NCBI RefSeq assembly: GCF_006345805.1
Contig: NC_043008.1
Location: 28,520,001 to 28,584,000, forward strand
Length of the DNA stretch: 64,000 nt
Source: Octopus sinensis
Lineage: Eukaryota
Reading direction: 5' to 3'
This document shows positions 25,847 through 40,800 of this stretch, piece by piece. The position numbers were made by a program, and so were the translations under genes. The notes under the pieces are model-generated. The model was given only the letters and a program-made list of their open reading frames with translations, made no database searches and was not told where the DNA came from. Positions within the stretch are counted from its first letter, which is position 1, and each line of letters starts with the position of its first letter.

Positions 25847-26929
25847 GCATATATGTACATGTATATAAAGTTTTTCAATATATGTGCACATGTCAAAGTA
25901 TTGGAGTGTATATGTGATGCGTATTTGCTTGTAGATCTCTTAATATATCAACAGCACGTGAACTTGTTGGTTTATTAATTTTGTTCTGAAGCCCGTGTGA
26001 ATAATGTTTCTGAAATTCGAAATTTTCTTTCACTAAATATTTAATTCACATCTGAATACAACGGAAAACGCGGGAGTCCTAATAAGCATACACTTCCAAA
26101 CTAATAAGATGTTCAGTAATCATCTGAAACGTTCACATATTAATTTCTAGGTTATATTTCATGAGTAATTTTCTCTTCGCTATAATTAAATTACTTATGG
26201 ATTTCAAACGTTCCATAACTTTGCACCATAACTTAATATAAAATATCATGACTAAACGAAATTTGCCATCGAATATTTTCCTTCATTTTAAAAAGGAATG
26301 TATAATTTTTGCTATTAATAAACTAGTTGTATTCACGTGTGTTGGAGTTCGTTCCAAAAGTCTTGTATATTTTGGTATTGATTTCTCTCTTATACTTCAT
26401 TTGCCAAGTATGATACAACTTTACGTATGCACGTGAATCCATACATACCGGATGCGAAGATAATTAGTTATTCTCTTCTCAAACCAATTCTGGAATTTAC
26501 CGTGTTAACACAAGAACTTATATAAAATACGTAGTCATTCTTGACATACGTATGTAACATCGAATTCTAAATTCTGAATAATCATTTGTAGACAACGTTC
26601 TTACGGGAATAGGTCAAATGAACGAAAGAGATAATTGCTTTCTAAAGGGACACTAAGAGGACACTAAATTTAATGAAAGTCATTCAAAATATTATCGGTA
26701 ATTTTTCCAGGGAATCACGACCACATAACTTCAGGTTTGAGACAGAAATAATAGAATTGCGGTTCAGGGGAATATTCGATACAAATAGCATGTATTCATG
26801 GTGGTTCACTTTGTGTCTGTAAAGCCACAAAATTCCGAGGTTACGTAACAAATTAAAAGATAAAACAACATGGTATGCATTGATTCTTCGAACAAACCAA
26901 AAGTCTAACTTCAGAACTGACAAATGACT

Positions 26930-27270
26930 GTTTCAGATGACAGTAATAGATTTTTGGGTGATGAGTAAACAAAAAATGAGACGCCTTCTCACGTGTTTCC
27001 TCACGGTCTTTGAATTAATTGTACTGAATACGTAAGCCAAGTATTGAATGGATATCAGGCAATATTTACGATCCTTTGACATCAAAATTGTGGAAATGTA
27101 TAAATCCAGAACGTATAGAAAAGAAGAATCATGTGCATGCTCACTATATCATAGTTTAATTTGACGTCCAGGAGATCGTTGCAATGAAGAATAAACGTTT
27201 ACTGAATGCATCTGTGTTTAGTTGAAACAGTCATCGAAGCGGGAGGCGATTACATTGAGTAACTTCTTAA
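26930..27270 (+). mobile_element. Remnant of a maT/Tc1-like transposase 3' end
   Basis: ETVIEAGGDYIE* at about 27225-27263 resembles the C-terminus of the 20250-21500 element. Confidence 0.45.
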
Positions 27271-27473
27271 CAAGATTTTGTACACAAAATTCTATTCAAA
27301 TTCATTTGATATTTGCTTAGACTTTTGTTCTATTATATTTCCAAATAAGAGCTCAAATAGCTCTAACATTCTGTATGTGTGTATGTGTGCAATGTGTGTT
27401 TGTGTACTTGTGTGCGTGCGTGTAGGTGTGTGTGTGTGCATGTATGTATGCATATACATATATATATATATAT

Positions 27474-27523
<50 letters not shown>

Positions 27524-27534
27524 GAGAGAGAGAT

Positions 27535-27558
27535 ATAGATAGATAGATAGATAGATAG

Positions 27559-27620
<62 letters not shown>

Positions 27621-27635
27621 TTAGATAGATAGATA
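27535..27635. repeat. (TAGA)n microsatellite preceded by (TA)n(GA)n
   Basis: Directly visible. Confidence 0.97.
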
Positions 27636-27639
27636 TTCT

Positions 27640-27834
27640 TTTATTCTTTTAATTATTTCAGTCATATTCCTACGGCCATGCTGGAGCACCACCATTTTAG
27701 TCGAACAAATCAATACCAGGAATTATTCTTTGTAAGCCTAGTTCTTATTCTATCGGGCTCTGTTGCCAAACCAATAAGCGATGTTGTAGGGACAAACACG
27801 GACACACAAACACGTAAATACACACACACACACA

Positions 27835-27873
<39 letters not shown>

Positions 27874-27900
27874 GACGGGCTTCTTTCAATTTCTGTCTAA
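27640..27900 (-). mobile_element. SINE lacking the tRNA head
   Basis: GGCCATGCTGGAGCACC..TTTAGTCGAACAAATC..TTATTCTTTGTAAGCCTAG matches the 23815 and 60419 copies. Confidence 0.85.
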
Positions 27901-28099
27901 TAGTTATTTATAAATACAAATAAATTTACGATTACATGGAACATAAAATACATAAAGTATTATGGAGAGAATGCATAGTATTTTTTGGTAGCTCGGAATT
28001 GCTTAATAATCATAATGTTCGTAATTAGCAGATGGAACGTGCAGCATTTTAACCTGTAATTGATCGCATAATGACATTAACATAAAACCGGGAGAAAAA

Positions 28100-29360
28100 A
28101 AAATTGGCGAATAGAAGTTCACATCATAGGGCAAGCAATTTAAGTTTTGTAAGGTTAAAATTTAGGGAGAGGGTGTGACATACGCTTAGAGAGGAAATGT
28201 AAAGAATTATAGAAATTGCAAAAAGAATTAAAAGGAGGGAAAGGACGAGAGGTCAGATGAGGGAATAGAAGTAGGAGACATTCGCCTGAGGGATGAGGTT
28301 AAGGGGTAAGTAAAGGTTAGCATCGTGAATGGTGACCCAAATAGTTGTCAAATATGTCGCTAGGCTGGCATTATATCAATAAAGCTGATTGCTGACTATT
28401 AGGAAAGGGATGAGAGTTCGTTAACTGAGGAGGGTCGTTGTGACAGTGAAAAAGTTGAGCGAAGAATAGAGAAGAGCATACTTTTGAATTAATTAGGGAT
28501 GCAATCTGATTATAAATAAAACCATGAAGCGGCAAGGAAAGAATTCAAGAAACGAGGGTGAGTTTGCAACGGCAGAAGATATGTTGAGATGTTGAGAAAT
28601 GTACAAGGGAAATAGAGAGCGAGGAAGATAGGATGAAAAGAGGGGTAGAGTTTTATGGGGAAACCACGCGTACTGTGGACCAAGATTAGGTATATAGCTA
28701 GAGGAGTAAGGAGTCTAGATGGTCTATGAAAACGAATAAATCTTAGACATGTAGTAGCGTTTAAAATCAACAGTACCGCCAATATAGATCCTAAATTGGT
28801 TGGAACGTGGTTCTATTACCCGGCATTAGAGCTTGAACAAAATCCACACATCAAACACGTTTGAGAGACTCAACATTTGCCTTTTCCCCACCATCGGTGC
28901 GCTTAGAATTAATACATATTCATCTCTGGTTCATATAATGTGTTACCTTCAAAGAAGAAGGGCCTGCGTCGTCATGGCGTGGAAAGGGTGTGACCACTAT
29001 TATATATGATCATGTTGCTAGTAGTAGGGGTGTAGTACCATGGTTGGCATTATTGAATCGGATAGGATCCTCAAGTCTTTTATTATCTTTATCAGATAGA
29101 TTAAGGTGTGTTCCAGGGGAATGGGTCGTAGGGTCCCTTGAAAGAAGACACTTGGACGCATTAAAAGAAGCAATTATGGATCCTAAGTTTGTAGAATAGG
29201 TGATTTTAATTGAGGATTTATTAAACATGGGATAATGTTTATAATATAGTAGGAAATTAAAGCTTATGTTTAACATTTAGAGAGAAAGGTGGGAGCAAAC
29301 CATGTTCTTTTCGTAAGTTTTCTTTTAGGTAGACTTAGGAAAATAATGAATAATTTGGGT
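28100..29360 (-). mobile_element. Decayed Penelope-like element (RT C-terminal/GIY-YIG region and 3' flank)
   Basis: Minus-strand MFNKSSIKITYSTNLGSIIASFN (about 29160-29230) resembles the FNxxxxKISYSxxxNxxxII motif preceding PLE GIY-YIG domains. An NATT..FI remnant lies near 28740-28770. The region is heavily disrupted. Confidence 0.45.
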
Positions 29361-30109
29361 TCCATATTTTTAATATATTATATATATACATTACCCTTCA
29401 GGCCTCTGCTAGGAAGGACATTATTTTAGTTTCGATGTGCCTTATCAAATGTTTCTTTTGAAGAGAGGAAATTAGGTATTCAATCACTGATATCCCTTAG
29501 CAGGTTTTAACGTTGGTTGGAGTTACAGAACTTTTGTGTATATAAAAGAACTTCTCAATCATTCTATGGTAATATTTATAATAGAGCGAGTCAAGGTCTA
29601 GTGCAATATCTAAGACGTCGACTTTGGACAGATTAGTGATAATTTTGATTTTTTAGCGTAATCAAATTAACGTATATATGAGTTTTCCCTAAATTAAGCA
29701 TGTGTATGACCATAATGACTATTCGATATGATTTAAGTATCATCAAGCTATATGTCAATATCTTGGGACAGGAATTTGATTATCAATATATTTAATATAA
29801 AGAAACCTACGAGATCAAAGATGTCTGCAAGGCCATACGATACCATCAATACTTTGAATAATGCATCTCTATCAGATTTTTCTCCATGCTGTGACCCTAC
29901 GGCAAAGAAGGGTTTTCATTAGTTGCAAGATAATAATTAAGTTTATGTGGTCAAAATTAACTCATGTTTTACGACTTCAGTCGCCTTATCGAGGAAAGAT
30001 CTCGATATTTTGGATAAAATTCTACAATATGAATATGATAAATCTTTCCTTATGGTTATATTTAATTTCTTAAAACAAGCTATTACAATGCTGCTATTAG
30101 CCTATTGCT

Positions 30110-30320
30110 GTAGCTAAGAACTATCTCGAAATTTGATACTGATTTCTGTTTCAAATGCCAACAAGTTCGAGGAGGGAGTAAGTTGATTACATCGACACAG
30201 TATTGAAGTGGTACTTATTTTATCAATCTTGAAAGGATAAATTGCAGAGTCAATATGCGATGAATTTGGACTCAGTAATTAAAGACGAGCGGAATGTCGC
30301 TAAACATTTTGCCTGGCATG
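30110..30320 (-). mobile_element. Degenerate SINE (second family)
   Basis: GATTACATCGAC..GGTACTTATTTTATC..CATTTTGCC matches 41761-41994. Confidence 0.65.
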
Positions 30321-31414
30321 CACTTTTCATCACACCCTTGTAGATATATGTTTGTGTGCGTGACTGTGTGTGTGTGTGACTGCGGGTGTATGTGTGTGTG
30401 TGTATGTGTGTGCGTGAGTGCTCATGTATATGTGTGTGTGTGCGCGCGTCGTATGCTGTGTTTGAAAAATCACTCTACATCTAATTCAGCAATTTGATTT
30501 TAGTGTATTTGATAACACAGGATCAAACCTTGCAAGTAGAACACATGTCACGAGAAAATATTAGCTACTACGACTGAATGCAATCATAATTTGCTGATAT
30601 ATTTCCAAATACAACTTTTTCACTTGATAAACCGTCTTCAAATATATTTATACCTTCATGAAATTGCAAAACAGAGATGATTGCAAAATTATGGGAAGAC
30701 CTCAAATCTAAATATGGAATTGTTAAAAGTTTCAGACTCCTTTATAACGTTAGCACAGTATGGAAACGTTATTCTTGAGATTACTCATAAAACACTACAT
30801 AAAACAAAATGGAAGTTCTTTCAACATAAAATAGTGGTACAAGAAATGAGAACAACGGTATAAAAAATAACTAATATATTGCGGAGTGTTTCAACAGATT
30901 CAACGCGAGTGAAACTTAATTTGCATATCATATTCTTTGTAGACGAAGCATGTTAATTATTCTCGAGTAAATTTAAATAGTTCAAAGGTGACGTGCGGAT
31001 TGTTATTTTACAGAAATTACATACATGACAGCATTATATTTACATACGCACCAGTGAATAAACTTTACTTTTAGGTCCATTCTGATATATTCGCAGAAAA
31101 TAATACAGTTTAAACCAATTAATCAATTTATCAGCAAAGCATCGATAGTAGACAAACATCGAAAATGTTATTCAAATCTTTAATTGAAATTCATAGCGCA
31201 CCTCAGTTCAAACGTTGAGGGATTCCTTCATTCTCTGGCTCTAAATTCATATTTATCATTTAGAATTGAAATATCCGCACTGATTTCATTGAGCGAATTC
31301 TTGATTTGAAAATTGCAATAACTATTCATTTAGGTTTCATTTCGAACAAAATAAGATGAACGAGTTTTAGTAATATTCAAAAATAAGAGGAACGTATACA
31401 AAATTATGTTATAT

Positions 31415-31620
31415 TTTATTTCAACCATTTTGACTGCAGCCATGTTGGAGCATCACCTTGAAGGGTTTACTCGATGAAATCGGTCCAAAGGATATTTTTA
31501 CAAAGCCTAGTGGTATTTCGTCGGTGTTATTGCCAAAATGTTAAGTTATCAGTTAACAAAAGAACACCGGTTGCCAAGTAGTGTTGAGGGATATGCACAA
31601 ACACCCACCTACACACGCAC
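31415..31620 (-). mobile_element. Degenerate SINE 3' half
   Basis: TTTGACTGCAGCCATGTTGGAGCATC..AAGCCTAG matches 23815. Confidence 0.7.
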
Positions 31621-31651
31621 ACACAAACACACAAACACACACACACACACA

Positions 31652-31751
<100 letters not shown>

Positions 31752-32269
31752 TATATATATTATATATATATATATATATTTAGAGATTTAGGTACAAGAA
31801 ATTCAGAGTGAATACTTGATAAATGTAAGCACCTGTATATTCTAGTAGTATGAGTGATAGGATATATGTATCAAAAGAAAAACAGGACGCAAAGGATTTG
31901 ATACATATATGTATTTAGAGAGATAGAGAGACAAAGAAAGAGTGAAGAGAGAGACAAAGAGAGAGATCATTGACATGTCTTGTATGCAGAAAATTTTCAG
32001 AGTATCATATGAAGTAGTTAGTACTCTTTTGATGTAATGAGACTATATTACTTGCAGACTGGGAAGGGTTGTATAAATTTAAAAGGAAGCAATCGCTAAT
32101 ATTTGATTACTGGTCTGTATCATCTGAAATGTGACTGCGTGTCAATACTACAAAATTATTGTTCACACTCGAGACGATGTTCATCGTGACAGAAAAAACT
32201 TCATCACCAAACACTTCTTTAATGCAATCTGAATTGTACATTCTAATTTAACAGACACAGATCACATGC

Positions 32270-32440
32270 ACATTGCCTTTGAATAACTTTTAGTCGAATT
32301 AATCGACCCCAATACATATACACTTTTAAAATTGGTACGTATTCTATCGTCTTATCTGTCGAAATCGCTACGTTACAGGGACATTGTCACACAAATGCCG
32401 GTTGACGAACGGTGGTAATGGTCGAACACAGACACGAAGT
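32270..32440 (-). mobile_element. Degenerate SINE core fragment
   Basis: TTTAGTCGAATTAATCGACCCC..TATTCTATCG..GTTACAGGGAC. Confidence 0.65.
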
Positions 32441-33639
32441 TACCTGCGTGCATGTGCATACATAATGTAGCGGAAACCCGAACCTACACTAACTAACAAA
32501 TATTAAGCAACAGCTTCAGGCAAAATGCTGTTAGATATGAGTTAGATACAAAATACAAGAATATAGACACTAATGACGGTACGATGAAATAAATGCCTAG
32601 TATGAGATGTTTGTGAACGATATTTTTCCATAATCTTTGAGATTCTGAATTTTGTGAAATAGTCCTATGGTTTACGTCATCTTGTAGTCTTGCAATCCAT
32701 ATTTGATTTAATGCACTCTTTTCCATCATGCTTTGATATTAAGTTTATTTACTAAAAAAATATATGATATTCCGAACTACGAATATGAAGTAACAGCAAC
32801 GATTATTTTTCAGAGAAGGTCTGATGAGCTGCTCAAATAAAAAGTAGATCGGAAGAGCATAAAACAACATTTATTTTATACGTCTCAACCTACGACAAAT
32901 AACAGTTACCACTTGATAAGGCAAAAATACTGTGTAAAATAAATGACTTATAGGTGAAAAATTCTGAAAACTTAGGGGATCAGTAGACAATGGAACGTAT
33001 CTACTGCTTAAAGACCCTCTTGATCACGGTTGACTTACAGCGTACATCAATCGCCATCACTGTACACAACAATTCTTCATTACATTAAGCTATATGCAAG
33101 ACATGTAAAGCGCGTAAGCATTATGAATTTTGGCAAAAGCGGTGCAAGAAATGTATACAGCTTCTCCGAAATTGCAAGAATCAAATTTACACTTCTGTAT
33201 TACCCAAATAATTGAAAAATTCAATATATCTTGTATTGTAAATTAAAATTATAATTGAAAGATGGGATTGTCTTTCAACACGAGGTTTCTATCTCTATTT
33301 AGTTTTCAATTATGTGTAGGCATTTGCCTTAAATCTATTTATTGAAAATATATCAAAGATGTGAAGAATGCATTCCGTGCTGTTCAAATGTACATAATCA
33401 TATATGACTAAAATGAGTACGTACGTACAACTACAGAAACACACACAAACACACACAGACACATACTTTCACACAGACATATAGGCATGTAAACTCAAGC
33501 ACGCCTATATCTATGCATGTCAGCATGGTTCAATGCCTGCGTGTATGTATGTATTTAATGCATGTAAAATTTTGTGTGAGTGTGTAAATATATACAAACA
33601 CAAGGATATGCGCCAATATATACATATATACTAACTTGC

Positions 33640-33672
<33 letters not shown>

Positions 33673-34759
33673 ATACATATTAACGAATTTATATATCTAC
33701 ATATATGTATGTGTATACGTATATGCATACGTAATACTGACATAAATATAAGCATAAATACATTTATGTGCGTGCGTGTGTGGATATGTGTGTATGTGCG
33801 TATGTATGAGAGTGTGCTTGTATTTCTGCTTCATCATTTCCAAATTTATCCACTGATATTAACAACCTAATTGTTTATCATGTTAAAATTCAATATGTTA
33901 TCACACAAAGCAATATCAATAATGGGCATGATTTATAGATTCAAGTTTGTTTAAAATGAATGCTCAATGTAAAGTATTAAAGGAGATTACAAAGTTTCTA
34001 ATTATTTTAATGCTTCATTTTCGTCCGCAGTCGTTTGCTCGGGTTAATTGCAAAAACCGTCAACTAAACAATAAATTTTTGATTTGTATATACTTGGTAT
34101 GTAATTTGTTATGCTTAAGCTTTGAAAACAGGTGTAGAAAAATTTACTAAATTTTGAAATATATATCGAGAATGAGTTACTAATTCTCAAACATACACAT
34201 ACATGTACAACCACACACAGTGGTGTCTGTGTGTGTGTGACAGGCACACACATTCCTTTATTTGTTATTGTGTTTGTTTCATCCGCAAATCAGAGCCATA
34301 CAGGGACAGACCAACAAGTGTTAGTGCGTTTACATTTGGCACTACCACCCCGGTACTGTCACGGAAATTTTTCAGCATTGAACTAACACTTCTTTATGTG
34401 GATTTCTGACTCAAATGTAGTTTCACCTGCCATCTCAGGCAACAAGTTGCCAATATATATTGTGAACACACCCCTACATAACGTATAAGAAACGTTTTGA
34501 ATCCTAAAGTATTACAGTACGTGTTGCTTCTACTGGATGGAGAAAGCGAGATAAAGGTAGATAATCATTCGTTGTTTGTGTTAGATCTCATCGAAAGGTT
34601 TATTGCTAGAACATCCAGATTTTCGACTTCCCGCGACAGGCAACTTAATTTTTCATTTCTTACTTGTAATTTCGTCTTTTATATTGCATTAACTTCCTTA
34701 TATTTTATTGCTTTTATATTTTTTGCTTCTTTATTGTTTATAATTAATTGTTTTTATTT

Positions 34760-36060
34760 CTATATACACGCACACATACACACGCACATACTTACGTATC
34801 CACGAACGCACGTATACTACCCACTCACCACACACATACAACATACATACATGCACATACACACACACATACTACCACACACATACACACACGCATACAT
34901 ACACAAACACACATACCTGCATACACCCACCGCATGCACACATATGCGCGTACACACACACATGCACACATGCACATACACACACACGCACATACATACG
35001 CATCTAATACATGCACGCACACATATACAGACGCATATATACACACACACACTAGCACAGGTTCCTACATATACCTGAAACACACAATGCAAATTAAGAC
35101 ACGCACACAATTATACACTCATAGGCACAAACACACACGGACATACACTCACACATGCACGTAAGCACATACACATAAACACACGCACGCACATACACAC
35201 ATGTACTCACATTACGCCAACACGAACCCCAAAAACCCACACATACACACATCCTGCGCACACACGCATACACAAATACACATACACAACTATACATATA
35301 CATACATACACAATATATGCATACACGCACGCACACATACACATACGCATGCACAAATAGACACAGGTACACACACACAAACAAGCGCATACTTACGTAC
35401 GCACACGAATGCACACATACCTAACACTCACAACCCCACGCATACACGTATATACACCCACATACGAACACACGCACGCACATACACACGCACAACTGAG
35501 CGCACACATAACTACATGCACATACACACATGCACACACAAATGAACCCACACATGCCTCCCATACACACAGTATACATTCATACATACACGCATACAAT
35601 TATACATACATGTATACACACATACGCACATACAAGCACACACGCACACATAAAAATTAAAGCACAGTTATTCCTACACACACACACAAGCCATACGCAT
35701 ACACATATACACACACCAACACACACATACATATACACACACACACACACTACGAACAAAACACACACAGAGTACATATACATACTCGCACACACACATA
35801 CTTCAATCTTCCAGTACCTTCCACTGACCACCTCCTACGCACAGGGGTAGGTAGAAGCACAACAAGAGCCACTGCTACTATCATTCTTCCTATGACCTTA
35901 AATGATACTAAGCCCAACCACAAACATAGATTAACAGCCACCACCACACACACATACGCACGTGCTATCATTACACACGCACAAACATACACACAGACCT
36001 GTGCGCACGCACATCCCCACATATACACACACATACCTCCTTCTCTTGCATCTCCTATCT
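34760..36060. repeat. About 1.3 kb of cryptic (CA)/(TA)-rich low-complexity sequence
   Basis: Continuous degenerate ACAC/ATAC units. These explain the HT- and CV-rich ORFs. Confidence 0.9.
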
Positions 36061-36176
36061 TTGAAATACCTTTTTCTTCACCCATTCCCTTCCAGTCATT
36101 CAATACGTGACTGCATGTGTATCGTTGGCGATTTTTTTTCTCCGTCTTCCCTTCCTTGGATCTTTCCTTTTCCTAT

Positions 36177-36211
36177 GTTTCTGACAAAGAGCTCTGCTCG
36201 AAACGTTAAAT
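36177..36211 (+). ncRNA. Minimal hammerhead motif with G8>A (breaks the C3-G8 pair), within a short repeat at about 36110-36320
   Basis: GUUU-CUGACAA-A-GAGC(UCU)GCUC-GAAA-CG-U-U-AAAU. The downstream TTTCCTGAACGTCCAATAACAC resembles the flank of 190-227. Confidence 0.6.
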
Positions 36212-37179
36212 CCTCCTTCTTACTTTCCTTTCCTGAACGTCCAATAACACTATACTTGTTCCACGTCCTCGAGTTGTTTTGTTTACTCTCTGTGTTTTCA
36301 TGTCTGGATTAACTTTATATACCGCACGCTCACACGGACCCCGGCCTTCTGACTGACTTGGATAACCAATTCCTGGATTTTTACACCTACGTATTACACT
36401 TACCATTCATCTGGAGTACGCCACTGTAATCGTGATTGATTTTTTTTCAATCTGAAATAAACAATCAATATTTCTGACCTTTTATATGTATCGAATTTTG
36501 GTGGTAATGCATATCATCTGTATCTAGCTATGCTGCACCGTTGTTGTCGTTGGAGGCGTAGGTATTGTTTTTCAGTGTCCTATGGTTGTCTACCTTTAGA
36601 CATGACAATCCCGTCGATATTCTTTGGGTATTTGTGTTGATTCGTACCATGCTGGATCGTTGTTGTTGCTGTTTCCTCCACTTGAGTTTGTTGTTGAAGT
36701 GTTTCTTTCAGGCATGGCTTACCCGTGGTATTCTTGCTGGATGATAAATCATGAATCTGTCTCTTTCGTGTGGTGTTTTTTTTTTTTTCAGTTCATGCAG
36801 TAGGCACTCTTTCGTTTCTGGGACTGGTTGTTTCTGTGTATATTTACTTTTAGATGTTTGGAACAGACAAACACACACGCACACATGCATACGCAAATGC
36901 AGATTCAATCACATGACTATATATACACACGCACACTTCACACAATGACACATATGGAGAAACATATCCATACATAGCAGACGCACGTACATATTTATGA
37001 AAACCCATACACAGACGCACTCAGACATGCACATGCAAGGAGAGAGATCTACACACACACACAAACACATAAAAAACAACACACAAACACATGAATATGC
37101 AAACATACACATATACCTAAATATATGCATATACACACACACTGACTAAGATTACATTTGGTGTCACCTGAGGGAGAGA

Positions 37180-37800
37180 ATGAGACTGCCTTGCTGCTAT
37201 CCTTTAAAACGTCATTCAGCAACCAACTCACTCGCTTTCCAACGATACCCCAGCTGCGAAGTTTGTAACATACCATCCTCTGATCGACTTTGTAGAAAGC
37301 TTTGGTTGCGATACTGTCGTGAGTTATCACCTTCACATTTGAATGTTCAAAATGTTGTTTCAGTACCCAGTCAAAATGCTGAAGTAGCTGTGTAAGGGAG
37401 ATCCTTGTTGGACGAAAGTCAAGCTGTATCTTAATATGAAACTTATGTCTTCCCGTAACTTGACAAGCAACATTCTAACAAAGTCCCCCATGAGTTGCTA
37501 ATATGTAAGTTAAACCGTAATTCGTGGCATCTACTTTGCTTCTTCCTTTTTAGATAAGGCATATTTGACATTTTGGTGAGTTCTTCATATGTATGAGATA
37601 ATTCTTTAAAAGTTTCTGCATTGTTTTGAGAAGAGTTTCTTGTAGTCTTTAAAAAATAATAATAACTGAGGAACAATCAGGGCCCTTGCCTAAGTTCGAG
37701 TTAATCTCATCAATTGCCGATATTGAATCCTTTCTGTAACAAGTTTCTTGATGGTCTTTACATTTCAGTCTACCTCGGTTTGTCTTCGTGACATTATTTT
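37180..37800 (-). pseudogene. CR1/L2-type LINE reverse transcriptase fragment
   Basis: Minus-strand remnants in the expected order: AIDEINSNLGKGPD, DATNY, QLDFRPTRISLTQLLQHFDWVLKQ, TKAFYKVDQRMVCYKLRSWGIVGK (compare QxGFR..RSCLTQL..D..KAFDKV). Confidence 0.85.
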
Positions 37801-40800
37801 CCATGCAAGAGACTGAATATATTTTCAATTTCTAAACATGCCTCTTAATGTAGGACATTTTTCAGTTCATTTGAACAATTTTCATATCCTAAAGGCTATT
37901 ATACTTCAGAAAGTAATATTTATCTTCGTATTAGCGCTTCTTTCTGAAATAAATGTAATGCAAATTACTACCATTATGCGCATAATTGTTTTGCATTTCA
38001 TACCAATTCCTCTCACGGGGTTTCACGCTGTTATTCTTCATGCACACATTGTGAACCATCTTCCGGACGCCTTTGCAGAAATTCAGGCTGGTATGGGTTG
38101 GGTGCTTACTATATGGATGCATTTTGAATTATTTTGGGGCCATACATTGTTAGTTTTATGAGGTGTTCTAGGGGGGCAGTTTTGACAATAAGTTATATGA
38201 AGTAATTATTGTGTGATTCTGTTTTCTGCATGTCATTCTTGAGGTGAAAAAATGGTGTGTTATTTGATCAAGAAATTTATTCTTGTTTAAAATATAATCG
38301 CGTATTGGTTTGTGTCTCAATTTAAGAAACTATATTTGGATGCTTGAATATTTACATACGGTGAGAAATTTGAAAACAAAATTGTTTTCATTGCTGTTAT
38401 TGGAAGACCAACGGTGTTATTTGAGTATTAACAATGTAATCTCTATGTTGTAGCTGCGAAAAATTAATACATATTGTGCTCATCATACTACATTCAAATA
38501 CTAATTTTGTGAATTCATAATTCAAAATCTGATTATTTTATTTGGATTTTCGGTATAATATGTAGGTGCCTTTGTTTTTCTCTTACATTCATGTAACGAT
38601 ATTTTTTTCAAGACTACTGTCAGACGCTATGAGTATTTAACAGTCATGGGAGCGGTAGACAACTATCGCGGCATCATTGTATGCATTATTAATGTAACTT
38701 TAGAAAGTATAAAAGGGGAAAAGTAATATAAACAATAAAGTGAGTGGGCAATGTATTTAAGGAAGGATGTTAAGAGAAGAGCTGAAGTTCAGTGTTATCT
38801 GCGACGGAACCATGACATACAATAGGAATTATGTAATGAATATGTGATGCATTGGAATATACAGGCTGGTAACATTATCAGAAGATTCCCACGTCTGGGA
38901 GAGTTGAAGTATTAACAGGTATCATGTGGAAAATATTGCTTTCTACCAAGAAATTATATATCACGAAACAAAATATGATATTAACTGCATGTCTCATTCA
39001 AACCATAATAACGCAGCTCCTTTGATGAGGAAAAATAATTTACATAACATAATATTTCTCAAACTTCCATCCTCATGATTTCAGACTTTTAATAATGCAA
39101 ATTACCAGGGAAATTGACTTGGGTCTAGTTGCTGCCCCACTTACTGAATTACATATAGATCAAATAATAGCTACTATACGAACGACTATGAGGTTTATTA
39201 TTGATAGGCCAGTGTAGTTTTTATCCATATTGGTTTATAGCACCTCTATTTTATGTAATTAAGGGGAATCCTTGTCGCTTGAAGCCACTATTTATAGCTG
39301 GTGAAAATACTACAACGTTTGCTCATGAATTGGATAATCTTGTTGTCATTCATGTTGATTTGATAAAGGTAAGTGAGATGATTAGAACACAAAATGTCAG
39401 ATTAATAAGGAAATATTCAAACTTGTAGTGATGAGGTTTCCATTTCTGCTTCTTGCATAAGTTAAATGAGATATATTTATTATCAAAAGCTCTCACATAG
39501 CAAGAGTAATACTAAAATATATTTTTATGATGCAACAACTTTTTGCCGAAATTGTCTTAACTATTTCAGTATTAAGGATGTTGTTACATTTGTAGTTTCT
39601 CCATATCTAATCAAGTCAAATAAGAGAAGTGAAAATCATCAATTGATTATTTCAACTTCTCTTATTCTTCGACTTTGGTTGAAAACGTAATAATGTTTAA
39701 ATCTAAATCATTGCTTTTTACCATGTCCCATATTTGCACTGAAAAGTTGCGCCCGTGTACATGTGCATATATTGAAAAGTCATCTTAAATGAAAGCAGAA
39801 TTTCCATTGTGTGCACATTAGCATTACTGCATTACTCTCAATAAATAAATCCATGCATTCTTAAACGTAATGAATTTGTAATTAATTAATTTCATGCTAC
39901 ATAGTTTTTGCAATGCGAAAATTTCTGGTCACATGACAACACATAACTACAAATAACTTGCAGGCCAATCACTATGTTAGAATATTTCAGACGACAATGG
40001 AGAAGGGGATGTATTAAATTCAAAGCGGTAGAGAAAATAGAATAACAGGGACGGCATTCGGAAAGTTTGCATTTCATTTACAGCAAGGAAATATTCATGA
40101 AACTATTTTATAATTTTCTCCAAAGCTGAAAAATTTATGTTTATCGAGTTTATTAGAATAGAGGTAGAAACACATTAACATATATATATATGTTACGATT
40201 ACCGAACATACAAAGAGTGTAGTGAACCGAGGAGTGATTTCAAATCTGAAGCGTAAGAAAATCAGTCATGATTAAGTAATAATATTGCTTGACAGCTGCC
40301 CATCATAATTACTTTTCTCTTTACTTCGGAGAAAGGCACAAGACACTAGATTTCAGTTTAGCTGAGTAAAACGACCTCAACACACGACAGGTATTCATCT
40401 AGTCTAATCAGCATAGCAGAGTTGACCTCAGCGTGAATTGTTCTAAAACTATAAAGAAACCCTAAAAATATACGAGAATCATGTTGAAAAACTATCTAAC
40501 GATTCTACATCAGCACAAGACTTGTTAATGATTCAAGAGGCAGGAATAATAAGAAAATAAAGATATATATAATCTAAAATCTCATATTTGTTATGTGGAA
40601 AGAAACTGAATATCATCAAATCATCGACATTATTTATCCAAAACTACAAGGAGATTAATACCAACATAGTGCAACTCATATAAGCAATGTAAGAACAATG
40701 GCAAGATTTGTAGATATGTCCTACTACATATTAGAATTTATTATAGAGATATATTTTCTGTTGAATATTTTGGTAACAGTTGTGCCACTACAAAGCACAC

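Noticed and set aside
32817-32875. CUGAUGA followed by a GCUC/GAGC stem
   Set aside because: GAAA is absent (AAAA) and helices I and III cannot be formed.
34525-34612. UUCUA...GAUG..UCUCAUC-GAAA...UAGAA stem arrangement
   Set aside because: The CUGANGA core is largely missing, so it cannot be distinguished from a chance or fully decayed motif.
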